Below are positions 1 to 10,400 of a DNA stretch of 64,000 nucleotides, one piece after another (position 1 is the stretch's first letter; every line of letters starts with the position of its first letter). The position numbers and the translations under genes were made by a program. Origin of the DNA: Patescibacteria group bacterium (GTDB lineage: Bacteria; Patescibacteriota; Microgenomatia; UBA1400; PJMF01); the NCBI GenBank assembly GCA_039934415.1, contig JBDTME010000003.1, positions 11,821 to 75,820 on the forward strand, written 5' to 3'. Below the pieces are notes generated by a model, which saw nothing but the letters and a program-made list of their open reading frames with translations, did no database searches and was not told where the DNA came from.

Positions 1-4
1 TGCG

Positions 5-1093
5 GTGATGAGAACGTATGGTAATGATAACCTCATTGAGGGAAACGAGATTCATGACACCCTCCAAGATGGAGTGTGGTTTTTTGGTAAAAGAAATACC
101 TTCCGGAAAAATCACATCTATAACATCAAACAACGCGCTGAAGATCCCCACATTGATTGTTTTCAGACTTGGGGACCAGCAGAAGATATCATTTTTGAGC
201 AAAACAACTGCCATAATCTTAATAAGCAAGGAAGTAATCAGTTGGTAATGGTAGAGAATCAGGGAACGGCAGCTATAAAAAACTTGACCTTTCGAAATAA
301 TATTTTCATCATGGATGATCCAGGATACTCTCCGATCAATATCGATCGTAAAGAAGGACAAAACACAATTTCAGGGATCTACGTCTACAATAACGTGTTC
401 TATAACACCGCGGGAGGGCAGAATGCCGTGCGTTTGACTGGTGTGGATACTGCTCGAATACAGAATAATCTGATCATCGGATACGGTTTGTTGCCGTCGT
501 CGTCGCCGTACTTCGGAGTAGTCGATGGCTCTCACGCCAGTACGGATATTGTCGTTTCTCATAATGCGATTGTTAAAAATCCAGGCACACAGTTGCGTAC
601 TACCTCATACCCTAATGACTTGTTGGACGTAGATCCTAAAATTGTGAGTTTAGCCAACTTGGATTTTCACTTACAGCCGACGTCGCCCTTGATTGACAAA
701 GGGGTTTCACTTGCCGGGAAAGTGACAAATGATTATGCAGGGAACGCTCGTCCAGTTGGAAGTGGTTATGATATTGGAGTGTATGAGGTTGCTGGTAGCG
801 TTGTGCCAACCGCTACTCAGACGATTGCACCAACCAAAGCTCCGACCAGTACACCAGTGAAAGTCCCTACGAGCACAGTTGGTCCGACCACAGTGCTCTC
901 AACTACACCAAGCTCAGATGTGTGTCGTGCAGATATCAATCGGAATGGTAAGGTCGATCTCGCTGATTATTCTTTTCTCGTCGCCGATTTTTTGAATCCA
1001 AACTTTCACCCAGAATCTGACATCAATCAAGATGGAGTAGTGGATCTTACCGATTACTCAATTCTCGTGGCCAACTTCCTCAAAGCGTGTTAA
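5..1093 (+). CDS. Right-handed beta-helix (pectate lyase-like) protein with P/T-rich linker and C-terminal dockerin-type domain; probably 5'-truncated by the window edge
   Basis: Repeated N-x-I/F-x-x-N beta-helix strands; DFHLQPTSPLIDKG...YDIGVYE cap; PT linker; twin EF-hand-like repeats ADINRNGKVDLADY / SDINQDGVVDLTDY. Confidence 0.8.
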   Translation: MMRTYGNDNLIEGNEIHDTLQDGVWFFGKRNTFRKNHIYNIKQRAEDPHIDCFQTWGPAEDIIFEQNNCHNLNKQGSNQLVMVENQGTAAIKNLTFRNNIFIMDDPGYSPINIDRKEGQNTISGIYVYNNVFYNTAGGQNAVRLTGVDTARIQNNLIIGYGLLPSSSPYFGVVDGSHASTDIVVSHNAIVKNPGTQLRTTSYPNDLLDVDPKIVSLANLDFHLQPTSPLIDKGVSLAGKVTNDYAGNARPVGSGYDIGVYEVAGSVVPTATQTIAPTKAPTSTPVKVPTSTVGPTTVLSTTPSSDVCRADINRNGKVDLADYSFLVADFLNPNFHPESDINQDGVVDLTDYSILVANFLKAC

Positions 1094-1216
1094 CTCATTG
1101 TTCAGTGACATTTCTGTCTGTACGTTGTGCAATCGAAGTTGTGTTGAGTTGATAACTATTCAACCCTGCAGATCAAAGTCTGTCTAGATTTGCCGACTGA
1201 AGTTGTGGAGTTCACT

Positions 1217-3340
1217 CTATTGAGTAGCTGACGATGAAGCTTGAGGTTGGAGATCAGGACCTTTATTTAGGAGGTCTTCTTGGGTACCGAGCTCTACTGG
1301 AGGTTCGACTGCCTCTGGTTTATCCGGAAGTGGAGTCGGCGTCGGAGTTGGAGTCGGAGTCGGTGTTGGCTCAGCAGTGGTGGTTTTGACAGTCTTAGAG
1401 GATTCTTTTTGGGCTGCTGCTAACTTATCTTCAGCTGCGGTCAGGTTCTTCTTTAACTCCGTCAATTGATCTTGCTTGTTAGGAGTATCTGGACCAGCTT
1501 CAACGAGTCGTAGCGTTTGTTTGTATGCAGCGACAGCAGGCTCGTACTTGCCTTGTAGATCGAGAGACTTCGCCCAGTTGTAATACCCATTGGCATAATC
1601 CGGTTTTAATCGAATAGATTGCTCAAAGAAGACAGCGGCTTGTTCATAATTTTTGAGTTGCATGAAAATTGTACCGAGATCTACTCGCAACGTGGGATCA
1701 TTGGGAGAGCGTTGAATAGCTTGAACATATGTTGAAAAAGTAAACTGATCAGCATCTTTAACAGAACCGATAAGTGCTCGATAAATCTCAGCCATGACGC
1801 GCCAATTTTGAGAACGAATAGGATTGAGTTGAGCGGAAATGCGTGCTTCGCGAACGGCTTGCTGCATCAACTGCGCAACAGTATTGCGATCCTGATCAGT
1901 AATGTCTGTTTTCCCACTCAGTGAGTTTGCGAGTGCGAAATTAACTTGAGCATACCCTCGATGATAGGAATCTCGGTAAGGATTGAATCGAAGAGCTTGT
2001 TGTTGAGCCTGATAAATTGTATTTCCATTGTTTGTCTGTACAGCAGTGACAGCTTTTGCAGAGAAGTACTCACCAATGCCAATTTTCCCAAAAGAAAACA
2101 GAAAGAGGAGTGAGACGATGATCACGACACCACCAATGACGTAACTGATGATCGGCGAGAGTGACAGTTCTCGATCATTTTCTTGACGTAATTTGAGTGA
2201 TGCAAAATGAAATACCATCTCTCTAATTGAAGGGTGTTCGGCCATCTCCAGAGAGACGATCCAGACAATTAACGCTAGAGATTGCAACATTAATAGAACG
2301 AGATTGGGTGGGAGGAGGAGTTGAAAGACAAAGCTACTCAAGACCAATGCCGCGATGCCACGAGATTCTTTGGGTGTTGAGAGTGACAGTCGAACTGATT
2401 GCAAGACAAGAAATATCCAAGCAAAAACGCCGACAAGTCCGAGTGTCACGCTCAAAAAGAGTGGAGTGTTGCTGCCAACTTGAAACACTACGTTCCAATA
2501 GGGGGTGGCATTGATACTAACCGGTTTGTTGCTGGTAAATGCATCTGCAAATCCATTGGGACCGATACCAGTTACCAGCATGGGGAGCGATTTAAAATTC
2601 TCAACGGCAATGACCCAGTTGGTGTACATTGGTAATAAGACTGGAGCATTTGGTCTACCTGGGAACAACATGAATACGTGTAAACCTATACTCAAGGTGA
2701 TAATGACCGCTGCCGTAATTTCAAATATTTTATCTTGCCATTTTCTCGAATAGAAAATGTGGACGAGTGTGGCGATGAGTATAGGAATCAAAAATGACAG
2801 TGTGATCAACGGTGATCCTGAAGGAGAGAACTGGAATCCTTCGGGTAGTCTGAGTTGAAAGACTTGGTTGAGAATCAAGGTGGGACCGACGTTAAACATT
2901 TGAAGTGCACTGACGATACTGAGAATGATGCCCATCGACATTGCGATTTCCAAGAAAGTGGCGGCGCTCACTTTTTTGATCATCGTTGAAGCCATGATGA
3001 CCCAGATACTAAGCAGGAATAATGCACCCAACATCCCTGAGATATCTTCGAAGAAGTAGAGTGGCGAAAAGAATGACGAGATCAAAACCGAAACAATGAA
3101 CAACGACAGAGGGAGCAAGAAGCTGCTGCCTTTGAGGGAGAACTCTTTAGTTTTAAAAAGAGAGACGGCCCAACTTATCGCTGCAATGATCGTGAGTATT
3201 CCAATCACCAAAAATTTTGGTGTATCAAATACATTTTCGACAAACGGGAAAAATAGGAGTGGAACAGTAACAAGTCCTACATATACTAAAACTACATTTA
3301 GTTTGGAAAGAAATATACTAGTTGAATCATGTGCCTGCAT
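1217..3340 (-). CDS. Multi-pass membrane protein (O-antigen ligase-like N-terminal region) with C-terminal TPR repeats
   Basis: About a dozen hydrophobic segments, TGIGPNGF loop, TPR-like helices (DLGTIFMQLKNYEQAAVFFEQSIRLKPDYANGYYNWA), PT tail. Confidence 0.75.
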   Translation of the reverse strand: MQAHDSTSIFLSKLNVVLVYVGLVTVPLLFFPFVENVFDTPKFLVIGILTIIAAISWAVSLFKTKEFSLKGSSFLLPLSLFIVSVLISSFFSPLYFFEDISGMLGALFLLSIWVIMASTMIKKVSAATFLEIAMSMGIILSIVSALQMFNVGPTLILNQVFQLRLPEGFQFSPSGSPLITLSFLIPILIATLVHIFYSRKWQDKIFEITAAVIITLSIGLHVFMLFPGRPNAPVLLPMYTNWVIAVENFKSLPMLVTGIGPNGFADAFTSNKPVSINATPYWNVVFQVGSNTPLFLSVTLGLVGVFAWIFLVLQSVRLSLSTPKESRGIAALVLSSFVFQLLLPPNLVLLMLQSLALIVWIVSLEMAEHPSIREMVFHFASLKLRQENDRELSLSPIISYVIGGVVIIVSLLFLFSFGKIGIGEYFSAKAVTAVQTNNGNTIYQAQQQALRFNPYRDSYHRGYAQVNFALANSLSGKTDITDQDRNTVAQLMQQAVREARISAQLNPIRSQNWRVMAEIYRALIGSVKDADQFTFSTYVQAIQRSPNDPTLRVDLGTIFMQLKNYEQAAVFFEQSIRLKPDYANGYYNWAKSLDLQGKYEPAVAAYKQTLRLVEAGPDTPNKQDQLTELKKNLTAAEDKLAAAQKESSKTVKTTTAEPTPTPTPTPTPTPLPDKPEAVEPPVELGTQEDLLNKGPDLQPQASSSATQ

Positions 3341-3416
3341 ATGTAGCCAGAGTATAAATTATAGTTTTCTGTAATGCTAGATTAACAAAATGTATCATAT
3401 ATTAAAAATGTTTTGG

Positions 3417-6400
3417 TTATGGTGCTCCTGTATCAGGTCCAAATCGAGCAGTGGATGCGTCGTTTTTCACGAGCTTGACTTGGATGGGAGTGAGTGCGTA
3501 CGGGTAAAGTCTGACGTCATCGACGAGTCCTGCAAAGTAATTAGTTGATGTATACGATCGGGTTCCAATCCGAATATTTGAAGTTGTTGCCATCGCGTCA
3601 GTTCCCATCGCTGTTGCCGTTCCGTTCGCTTGGCCGTCAATATAAACTTGACCATTTCCATCGCGATCGATGGTGCAGCCAATGTGGTGCCAGTTGGTAT
3701 CGGTGATAGCGGAAGTACTGGTGACGTCGGTATTATCCTCACTACATAAGACTAGATTGGAACTATTAAACATCATACGCCAGCCATCATTGTCGGCGTC
3801 TTCTTTACTGATGATGTACTCTGTGCCTGTAGTAGTTCGTTTGACCCAAGCAAAGATGGAGAAGTCCTGGGTGGATGGATTGAAGCGTAGATTGGTAGAG
3901 TCGCTGACTTGGACGTAGTCATCCGTGCCATCAAGGCCTATGGCATAGTTTCTTTTGCCTGTGGTGCCAGCGTTCCACGCCTCGGTACTGGTACCAGAGC
4001 CACAGGTGCCAGTTGAGGTATAGGTACTTGTGGCGCCGATAGTGACGGTTCCTGTATAGGTATTTCCTGATGAGTCATTGGCAGTGGTGGCTTGGCAATC
4101 ATCCATCTTCCATTGGGCGAGTGGAGCGCCTCGGTTATAGTCATACCAGATCTGTGAATTGGTACGTGCATAATTATAAAATTTAAACTCGTCAAGTTTG
4201 CCTTCATACATCTCACCATCATAGCAAGTACTCGTAGCGACAGAGGCACAGGCGAGGAAAGAGTAGTCAGTGTTCTCGTCGATGTCAGCAAAAAAACAGT
4301 TTGTCGATGAAGAACCAGATGTGTAGGTCACTGTGACTTGTATCCCGTCAATGTACATCTTGTTGCCACTGCCATTTGCCACCCAAGTGAAGTAATGCCA
4401 GGCAGTTTGTGTCCCAGGCAAGGCGGAATATCCTTCGATATTTGTGCCTCCGTCGCAGCCAGTTGTCCAGACATTTACTCGATCAGTAGAACGTTCGTAG
4501 GCAAACTCGATACCATTATTATTGCATGCGGTATCACACATTGAGAACATGTCCTGGAAATCATCTCCAGTATCATCTGGTTTGAACCAAAAGCCCATGG
4601 TGCCGACTGTGTAGCCATCAAAGATGTCTGTACCGAAGTAGCCGCTAGTATTCACGCTTGTTTCACTCCCATCAAAATGTATACCTGAGCCATAATAGCC
4701 AGGTTGCCAGGCATAAGTTTGTCGCAAAGCTGCATCGAGGCCGTTGCCAGAGTGATCGACAGCTGTTGCTCCCGTGTTTTCGTCCATGTTGAGATAGATA
4801 ATTGGAGAGGTACCAGTGCCATCAGTCGACTGTGCACTTTCGACGGTCCCGTTACTGAAGTTGGTGGTGGAGTTTGCGTTATAATCCACTTCAACTTCTT
4901 GGTCTGTCAGTAGTGCAGAATACATTTTCACTTCGTCAATCTTGCCGGTAAAGGCTGTATTGGTAGCGACTGCATCTGTTGTGTCATAATCACCAACCGC
5001 GAAGTCAGAACCCAGGTCTTCTATGCCAAGGAAAGAAGCATTGACAGTGTTTTGTTGGATGAGATGTCCGTTCACATAGAGCTTGAGATCACCTGCTGCT
5101 CCAGCGATACCTCCGTTAAATGTAAACATGACGTGATACCACGTGTTAGTTGAGACGAGGTCGTTCGATTGTGAGGCTGTCAGCGCTTGAGAGGCAGATT
5201 CGTCATATACTTGGACTGCGAAATTCCCGGTTGTGTCTCCGTCATCATTAGTGACGTAGAGTTTATACGCAGCTTGGTTACTCGTGTCGTCCCACTTCGT
5301 GATAATGGCATCTTGTTCGCCTGAACCTGGCATAGTGGTGACGTACACCCAGGCTGAGCCAGAGAAAGGTTCAGCAGCGTTAAAGTCCACTTCACTGTCA
5401 GATGCCGTGGCAAGACTGACTCGATCGTTGGTCCCATCAAAGAGGAGCCCACTACTGTACTTACCACTAGTGGTCCAACCAGAAGTAGTGGTAGCCGGGG
5501 ATGACATATTGGTGAGGGTGCCGTTGGAGGCATTTCCAGAGCCTGTGTCATTTGCGGTAGTGCTGTAGTTTTCATCAAATTTCCAATTAAGTACTTGCGA
5601 TCCGGCCAGTGAGGCAATCTCTTGAGTACTCAAAGCACGGTTATAGAGGCGAACATCATCGATGGTACCATCAAATGAGTTATTGAAACTATTATCGAGT
5701 GAGCCAATATGGAGTCTATCAGAGTTTGTCCAAGAGCCTGTGTAGGCTACGGTGGTAAGTAGTTGGCCGTTAGTATAAAAAATGACAGCAGTTGAGGTTT
5801 TAACGAGCACGACATGAATCCACTTGCCTGTGGTAATCGCGCCAACTGCACTACTGGCGGTGCCATTGACACCAGATTCGCCAGATAGAAATTGTAGCGT
5901 ACCTGCAGAGTTAAAAAAAAGTTCGTAATCTAGAGTGCCATTGGTGGAACGTTTAGAGAAGAGTGCTTTTGTGGCTGCCACAGTATTCGCTTTCATCCAC
6001 AGTGAGATCGTCATGTCGGTCGCTGAAGTATCAAGTGAAGTACTATTTAGAATCTGAACGTCGTCAGTGGTGCCATCAAACGCGACACCTGCACCATACA
6101 GTCCAGTCGTGAAGGTGGCACCATTTTGCCAGGCACCATCGTTGCCTTGTCCTGACTTATCACAAGTATCATTTGAACCACCCGAACATGTGTTTGCACC
6201 GGTTTCATCCATTGGCCAGTAGCCAATGAGTCCTTGGCTTAACAAGTCATTTTTCTGTTTGCCTAATACAGCTGAAGACCCTCGACTTGTTGCGCCTTTG
6301 ATCGTGTCTGTTTTTACCTCACTGGCACTACGCGCATAGCGATATATTTTCACCTCATCGAGGTACCCATCCCACCCAGAAGTTCCGGTACTGTCGTTTC

Positions 6401-7493
6401 CCACATACAAAGCATCCGCATTGGCCAGGGAACCCACTCCGGAAATGGAGGTGTTTTGGTTTACCTGTGAACCATCAATGTATAGGGTAAGTGATGAATT
6501 TCCATTTTTTACACAAGAGAAATAATGCCAAGTGCTGTCGTCATAATTGGCATTCGTGGTACCAGCAGAAGCATCGGGGTCAAATGTGTCATCGTCGTCA
6601 ATCCCACAGACTATATCACCGTCAGCATCCATATAGACTTTATACCCTCCATCGGATCCAGCGACACCGTGTTTGCCTACAATGTAGTCTATTGCAGAAA
6701 TTCCTGCGTGTTTAAACCAACCAGAGATTGTGAAACTATCTGATGCAGTGAAATCAAAATCTGAGTCATCAGCCCGTGTCAAATAGTCACCACTCCCATC
6801 GAAATTAAGACATGTTCCAGAAACGCACTGATCTTTTGAGGTCCAAGTGCCGTTTGTTTTAGCTAGATCTTTGCCATTACTCGTTTGATCACATGCATCA
6901 TTACTTCCTCCAGAGCAGGAATCATTAGCGCTTTCGTCGAACTTCCAAAATGCAGTAGGACCAGGAGATGCAACTTCGTTTGTTCGATCAGTGATCGATG
7001 CTGGATCGCCACCGGAAGGTGTAAGAGCAGTAGTTCCTGTCGAATCCACTTCCACATTCGTCGCTAAGGGGTTGCCATAATAGATGTAGCCCACATTTGT
7101 GCCATTGATGATATTAGGAAAAATAATTTCGTACGTGGTGGCAGCGTTATTACAGGTACCGGTCAGGTCAAAGTTGAGCAGCTTCCCGTTGATATCAGTA
7201 AAGCGAGTATCGTCACAGTCAGACTGCATGATGCCGGCCGCGATCATCTCAGCTGTATCAAACGTAAAGGTGATCTTGCGATCTGCTGAGACCGTTGCGT
7301 TGTGGGTGAAGGTGAACCTTTGACGATAATGGTAGCCATCATCAAACCAGGTTGCTCCAGCTTTACCAGGGTGGAGGATTAAGGTGTATGCAGCTGGCAA
7401 GAGCAACAAGACGAATACCAGCACCAACGTCAATACATAACGGGGATTCATCCTTCGCATTTTCGACTGGTGGTTTTTTCTTCTAAGGAACAT
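3417..7493 (-). CDS. Large surface protein: N-terminal TM, DUF2341-like domain, five LamG/concanavalin-A-like domains
   Basis: WFDDGYHYRQRF...QSDCDDTRFTD...YIYYGN, then five units opening AFWKFDE, GYWPMDE, LNWKFDE, IYLNMDE, AQWKMDD and closing G-x-I/L-D-E/D-V-K/R-x-Y. Confidence 0.85.
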   Translation of the reverse strand: MFLRRKNHQSKMRRMNPRYVLTLVLVFVLLLLPAAYTLILHPGKAGATWFDDGYHYRQRFTFTHNATVSADRKITFTFDTAEMIAAGIMQSDCDDTRFTDINGKLLNFDLTGTCNNAATTYEIIFPNIINGTNVGYIYYGNPLATNVEVDSTGTTALTPSGGDPASITDRTNEVASPGPTAFWKFDESANDSCSGGSNDACDQTSNGKDLAKTNGTWTSKDQCVSGTCLNFDGSGDYLTRADDSDFDFTASDSFTISGWFKHAGISAIDYIVGKHGVAGSDGGYKVYMDADGDIVCGIDDDDTFDPDASAGTTNANYDDSTWHYFSCVKNGNSSLTLYIDGSQVNQNTSISGVGSLANADALYVGNDSTGTSGWDGYLDEVKIYRYARSASEVKTDTIKGATSRGSSAVLGKQKNDLLSQGLIGYWPMDETGANTCSGGSNDTCDKSGQGNDGAWQNGATFTTGLYGAGVAFDGTTDDVQILNSTSLDTSATDMTISLWMKANTVAATKALFSKRSTNGTLDYELFFNSAGTLQFLSGESGVNGTASSAVGAITTGKWIHVVLVKTSTAVIFYTNGQLLTTVAYTGSWTNSDRLHIGSLDNSFNNSFDGTIDDVRLYNRALSTQEIASLAGSQVLNWKFDENYSTTANDTGSGNASNGTLTNMSSPATTTSGWTTSGKYSSGLLFDGTNDRVSLATASDSEVDFNAAEPFSGSAWVYVTTMPGSGEQDAIITKWDDTSNQAAYKLYVTNDDGDTTGNFAVQVYDESASQALTASQSNDLVSTNTWYHVMFTFNGGIAGAAGDLKLYVNGHLIQQNTVNASFLGIEDLGSDFAVGDYDTTDAVATNTAFTGKIDEVKMYSALLTDQEVEVDYNANSTTNFSNGTVESAQSTDGTGTSPIIYLNMDENTGATAVDHSGNGLDAALRQTYAWQPGYYGSGIHFDGSETSVNTSGYFGTDIFDGYTVGTMGFWFKPDDTGDDFQDMFSMCDTACNNNGIEFAYERSTDRVNVWTTGCDGGTNIEGYSALPGTQTAWHYFTWVANGSGNKMYIDGIQVTVTYTSGSSSTNCFFADIDENTDYSFLACASVATSTCYDGEMYEGKLDEFKFYNYARTNSQIWYDYNRGAPLAQWKMDDCQATTANDSSGNTYTGTVTIGATSTYTSTGTCGSGTSTEAWNAGTTGKRNYAIGLDGTDDYVQVSDSTNLRFNPSTQDFSIFAWVKRTTTGTEYIISKEDADNDGWRMMFNSSNLVLCSEDNTDVTSTSAITDTNWHHIGCTIDRDGNGQVYIDGQANGTATAMGTDAMATTSNIRIGTRSYTSTNYFAGLVDDVRLYPYALTPIQVKLVKNDASTARFGPDTGAP

Positions 7494-7499
7494 TGGTTT

Positions 7500-10400
7500 T
7501 TACTCTACTTTCACAATCCAGAAATTAAAGTTGATATCCTGAGTGACGGCATTCTTTATGCCCACTGTGAATGATTTTTGGCAAGAGGCGAGTGCCAGTG
7601 GACCATTACATGTTTCCTTGGATTTTAGATAGAGTACTTGGTTGGCGGTATCCGAAGTCGGGGTGAGGTAGATGAGACCGTTTTCAGAAACATTGTTGTT
7701 CTCAATCGTAAGCTCCGTTGCTAGTGCTGGCAAGATCATACTACCGGCAGTTTTGTTTTTGGCAGCTTGTGAGATTGAGGCGGAGTCTGTTGCTTGAGAA
7801 ACAGGTTGTTTAATGACGATGCCTTGAGTAGCCAGGTCCTTGAATCGAGCGGATCCAGAGGCGTCAATCGAAGCGACTGCCGAGTTACTTGCATCAAGAA
7901 TGGAGAACTTAGACTGGGTTGATTCACCCAACACTGCAGATTCAGTTGCGAGTTTGAGAGTGAAGTCACTTGAGTAATCATTTAACTGCATCGCATTTGT
8001 GTTCAATTGTTGCTTCACAGCTAAGTTTCCATTGACGACCAAATCTCCGTTTATTTCCACGTTTCCGTCGGGATTGAGTACTAATAGTCCGGCAAGGATA
8101 TTTACCGTGGCAGTGTTGGTGGGTTGGATGAACAACGTTTGTCCAGCGACAGCAATAGTATCACCGGTAAAGAGCAAGTTGTTTCCAATTGTTAAGTTTG
8201 ATGAGACAGATGCAGAGTTGAGTTGAGTGTATCCCGCTACTGATAAGTACTCTTTAACGAATAGGGCACTTGGTGCCAAGACGAGGTCTTCACTGGTCAA
8301 CTGAATATTTTGTTGTTGAGCTATTGATTGAATCGCAGCTGAGACTGACGCATCGCTGGAGCCAGTAAGTTGAGACATAAATTGATCAAAGGCAGAAGAC
8401 TTGACTGTTTGTGGAGCCTGTTGGATTGCTTGAGTAATTTGTTCAGTTTGTGCAGATAATGAGGCGAGATAGCTATCATTGTCAGTGATGATATTTTGAA
8501 TACTGCGGCCATCAGACAAGAATAGTTCACCGGAGATTGTTGCTGATCCAACCTCGAGAGAAGCGAGCTGTGCTTGTTGGGCTTTGAGCTGTTCGAAGCG
8601 ACCAGTGCTGGCCTGGACTGAACCAGAAGCGATCAAGTCTTGTTGAGCCGAGATGGTGCCAACAATGTCTGTGTTACCTTGTTGATCTATAGTCAAGATG
8701 TCTTGATTGTTCTTATTTGTGATGTGCAGTTTATTCTGATCAGCGTCTCCAAGATTAAAGCTGAGTTGCTGCCCACTGATTGGAGAGATCAGCGAAGTCT
8801 GAACCTTTGGTGTAATGAGTTTATCTTTGATGGTGATGCGATCGGCGATCAACTCTTTCGTTGTGATCAGTCCTGCTTGGATTTCACCCACAATTAAGCG
8901 AGCGAAGACTCCAACTCTACTTACTACTTGAGAAGTGGCGTCTGCAATGACTGAAAAACGGCCGTTTGCAGATTGGCTTGGTGTTTGGATCGTGTAATTA
9001 CTGCTCAATGAGCCGTCAGTACTGAGTGTGAGACCCATTGCATTGTCTTTGACAAATGATTCATACAGGACTGAGATGAGTTTGTGTTTTTTGCCGCCTG
9101 CGGTGGTAGTAGTGACGGTTGACCAATCGACCGGTTCTGCGACACGGGCGAAGATGTAACTCTTGTCAAACTGGCCTGCCTCTTTCATAGCATGACCTTC
9201 AACATTGGAGGAGATCAAGTAATCACCAGCTTGCAGGTTTTCGCCTTGATCGACGACCCAGACCTCACCGTTTCCAGCTGCCATGATCAACTGAGGATTT
9301 TTGTTCGAAGCAGGTTGAGAGGATTCTTGGAGCGCTAGATATGAGCCAAGAATTTTAGGATCATTGGCTACTGTAGACTTGACTACTCCATATAAAATTT
9401 CGGACTCGACTCGATCTCCAAGTCGTCGGTTGTCATCAGTCAGTGTGACGATCTCACCTTTGTTGATGGATTGATCTGTCCAAGCATAGTGTGATCCTGT
9501 GAAGGCGTTGTAGGAAACTGTAGTGCCTGAGACTGAGATAGAACCTTCTTGCGTGCCATCTTGTTGAAGCGAGATGATCGTTCCGTCACTGGTGTTGCGA
9601 TTGAAACTGGCCACAGTAGTTCCAGAGACAGTGAACAATGAACCGCCCGGAGCATCGACGTTGAGGAGTCCAGTGCCATATGTTCGCAGAGTGAGATTAT
9701 TATTTTCAAAAGTTTCGCCTGAGGCAATCGTGAGTGGTCCATTCGATTTGATAAAGCTAGCGGTTTGATTGGTGAACTGAATATCATAAGCAATTGCGAC
9801 ATCACCGGCTGCAGTGAACTCGGCAGGTAAGGCATTACTAATCAGAGATTGCGACACGCCAAAGACTTCACTGCTATCATCTTGGACGCTGAAAATTTTA
9901 CTGATGTTCCCATACGTACCCACGTTTAAGGTCAACAAACTACTGCCCGCTGAGGCGAAGATCTCGGTAGAACCTGAAGGTGACCAGTCGAAGTTGGCAA
10001 AATCAGATGTCGTTAAAACGGTTGAAGTAGAGGAGACGTTGATCGCTCTTCCTGTGGTCAAGCCATTTTCAGTGATGTTGAGTGCGTTGGCAGTTGCGAT
10101 CGAGTTTGCCGTGATGTCGATCAGATTCTCAGTAGCGAGTGCGCCAGACCAGTCGATGTCAAAGAGGCCTCCTCGAGTACCAGCACCATTTAAATCGAAC
10201 GTTGCGACCGCACCAGTTGAGTTGTTATCGTTGACTTCAAACATACTGGCAGTTCTGACCGAGGCAGAGTTCCCAACAACTAAAGCTTGGGCGTTGACCG
10301 CGGTAGCGCCCAAATCAATATTAATGACGTCACCAGTTGCAGCTTGAGCGCCAATATTGACATCAATCAGATTTGAGGTGAAAGCACCTGATGTGGTGAG

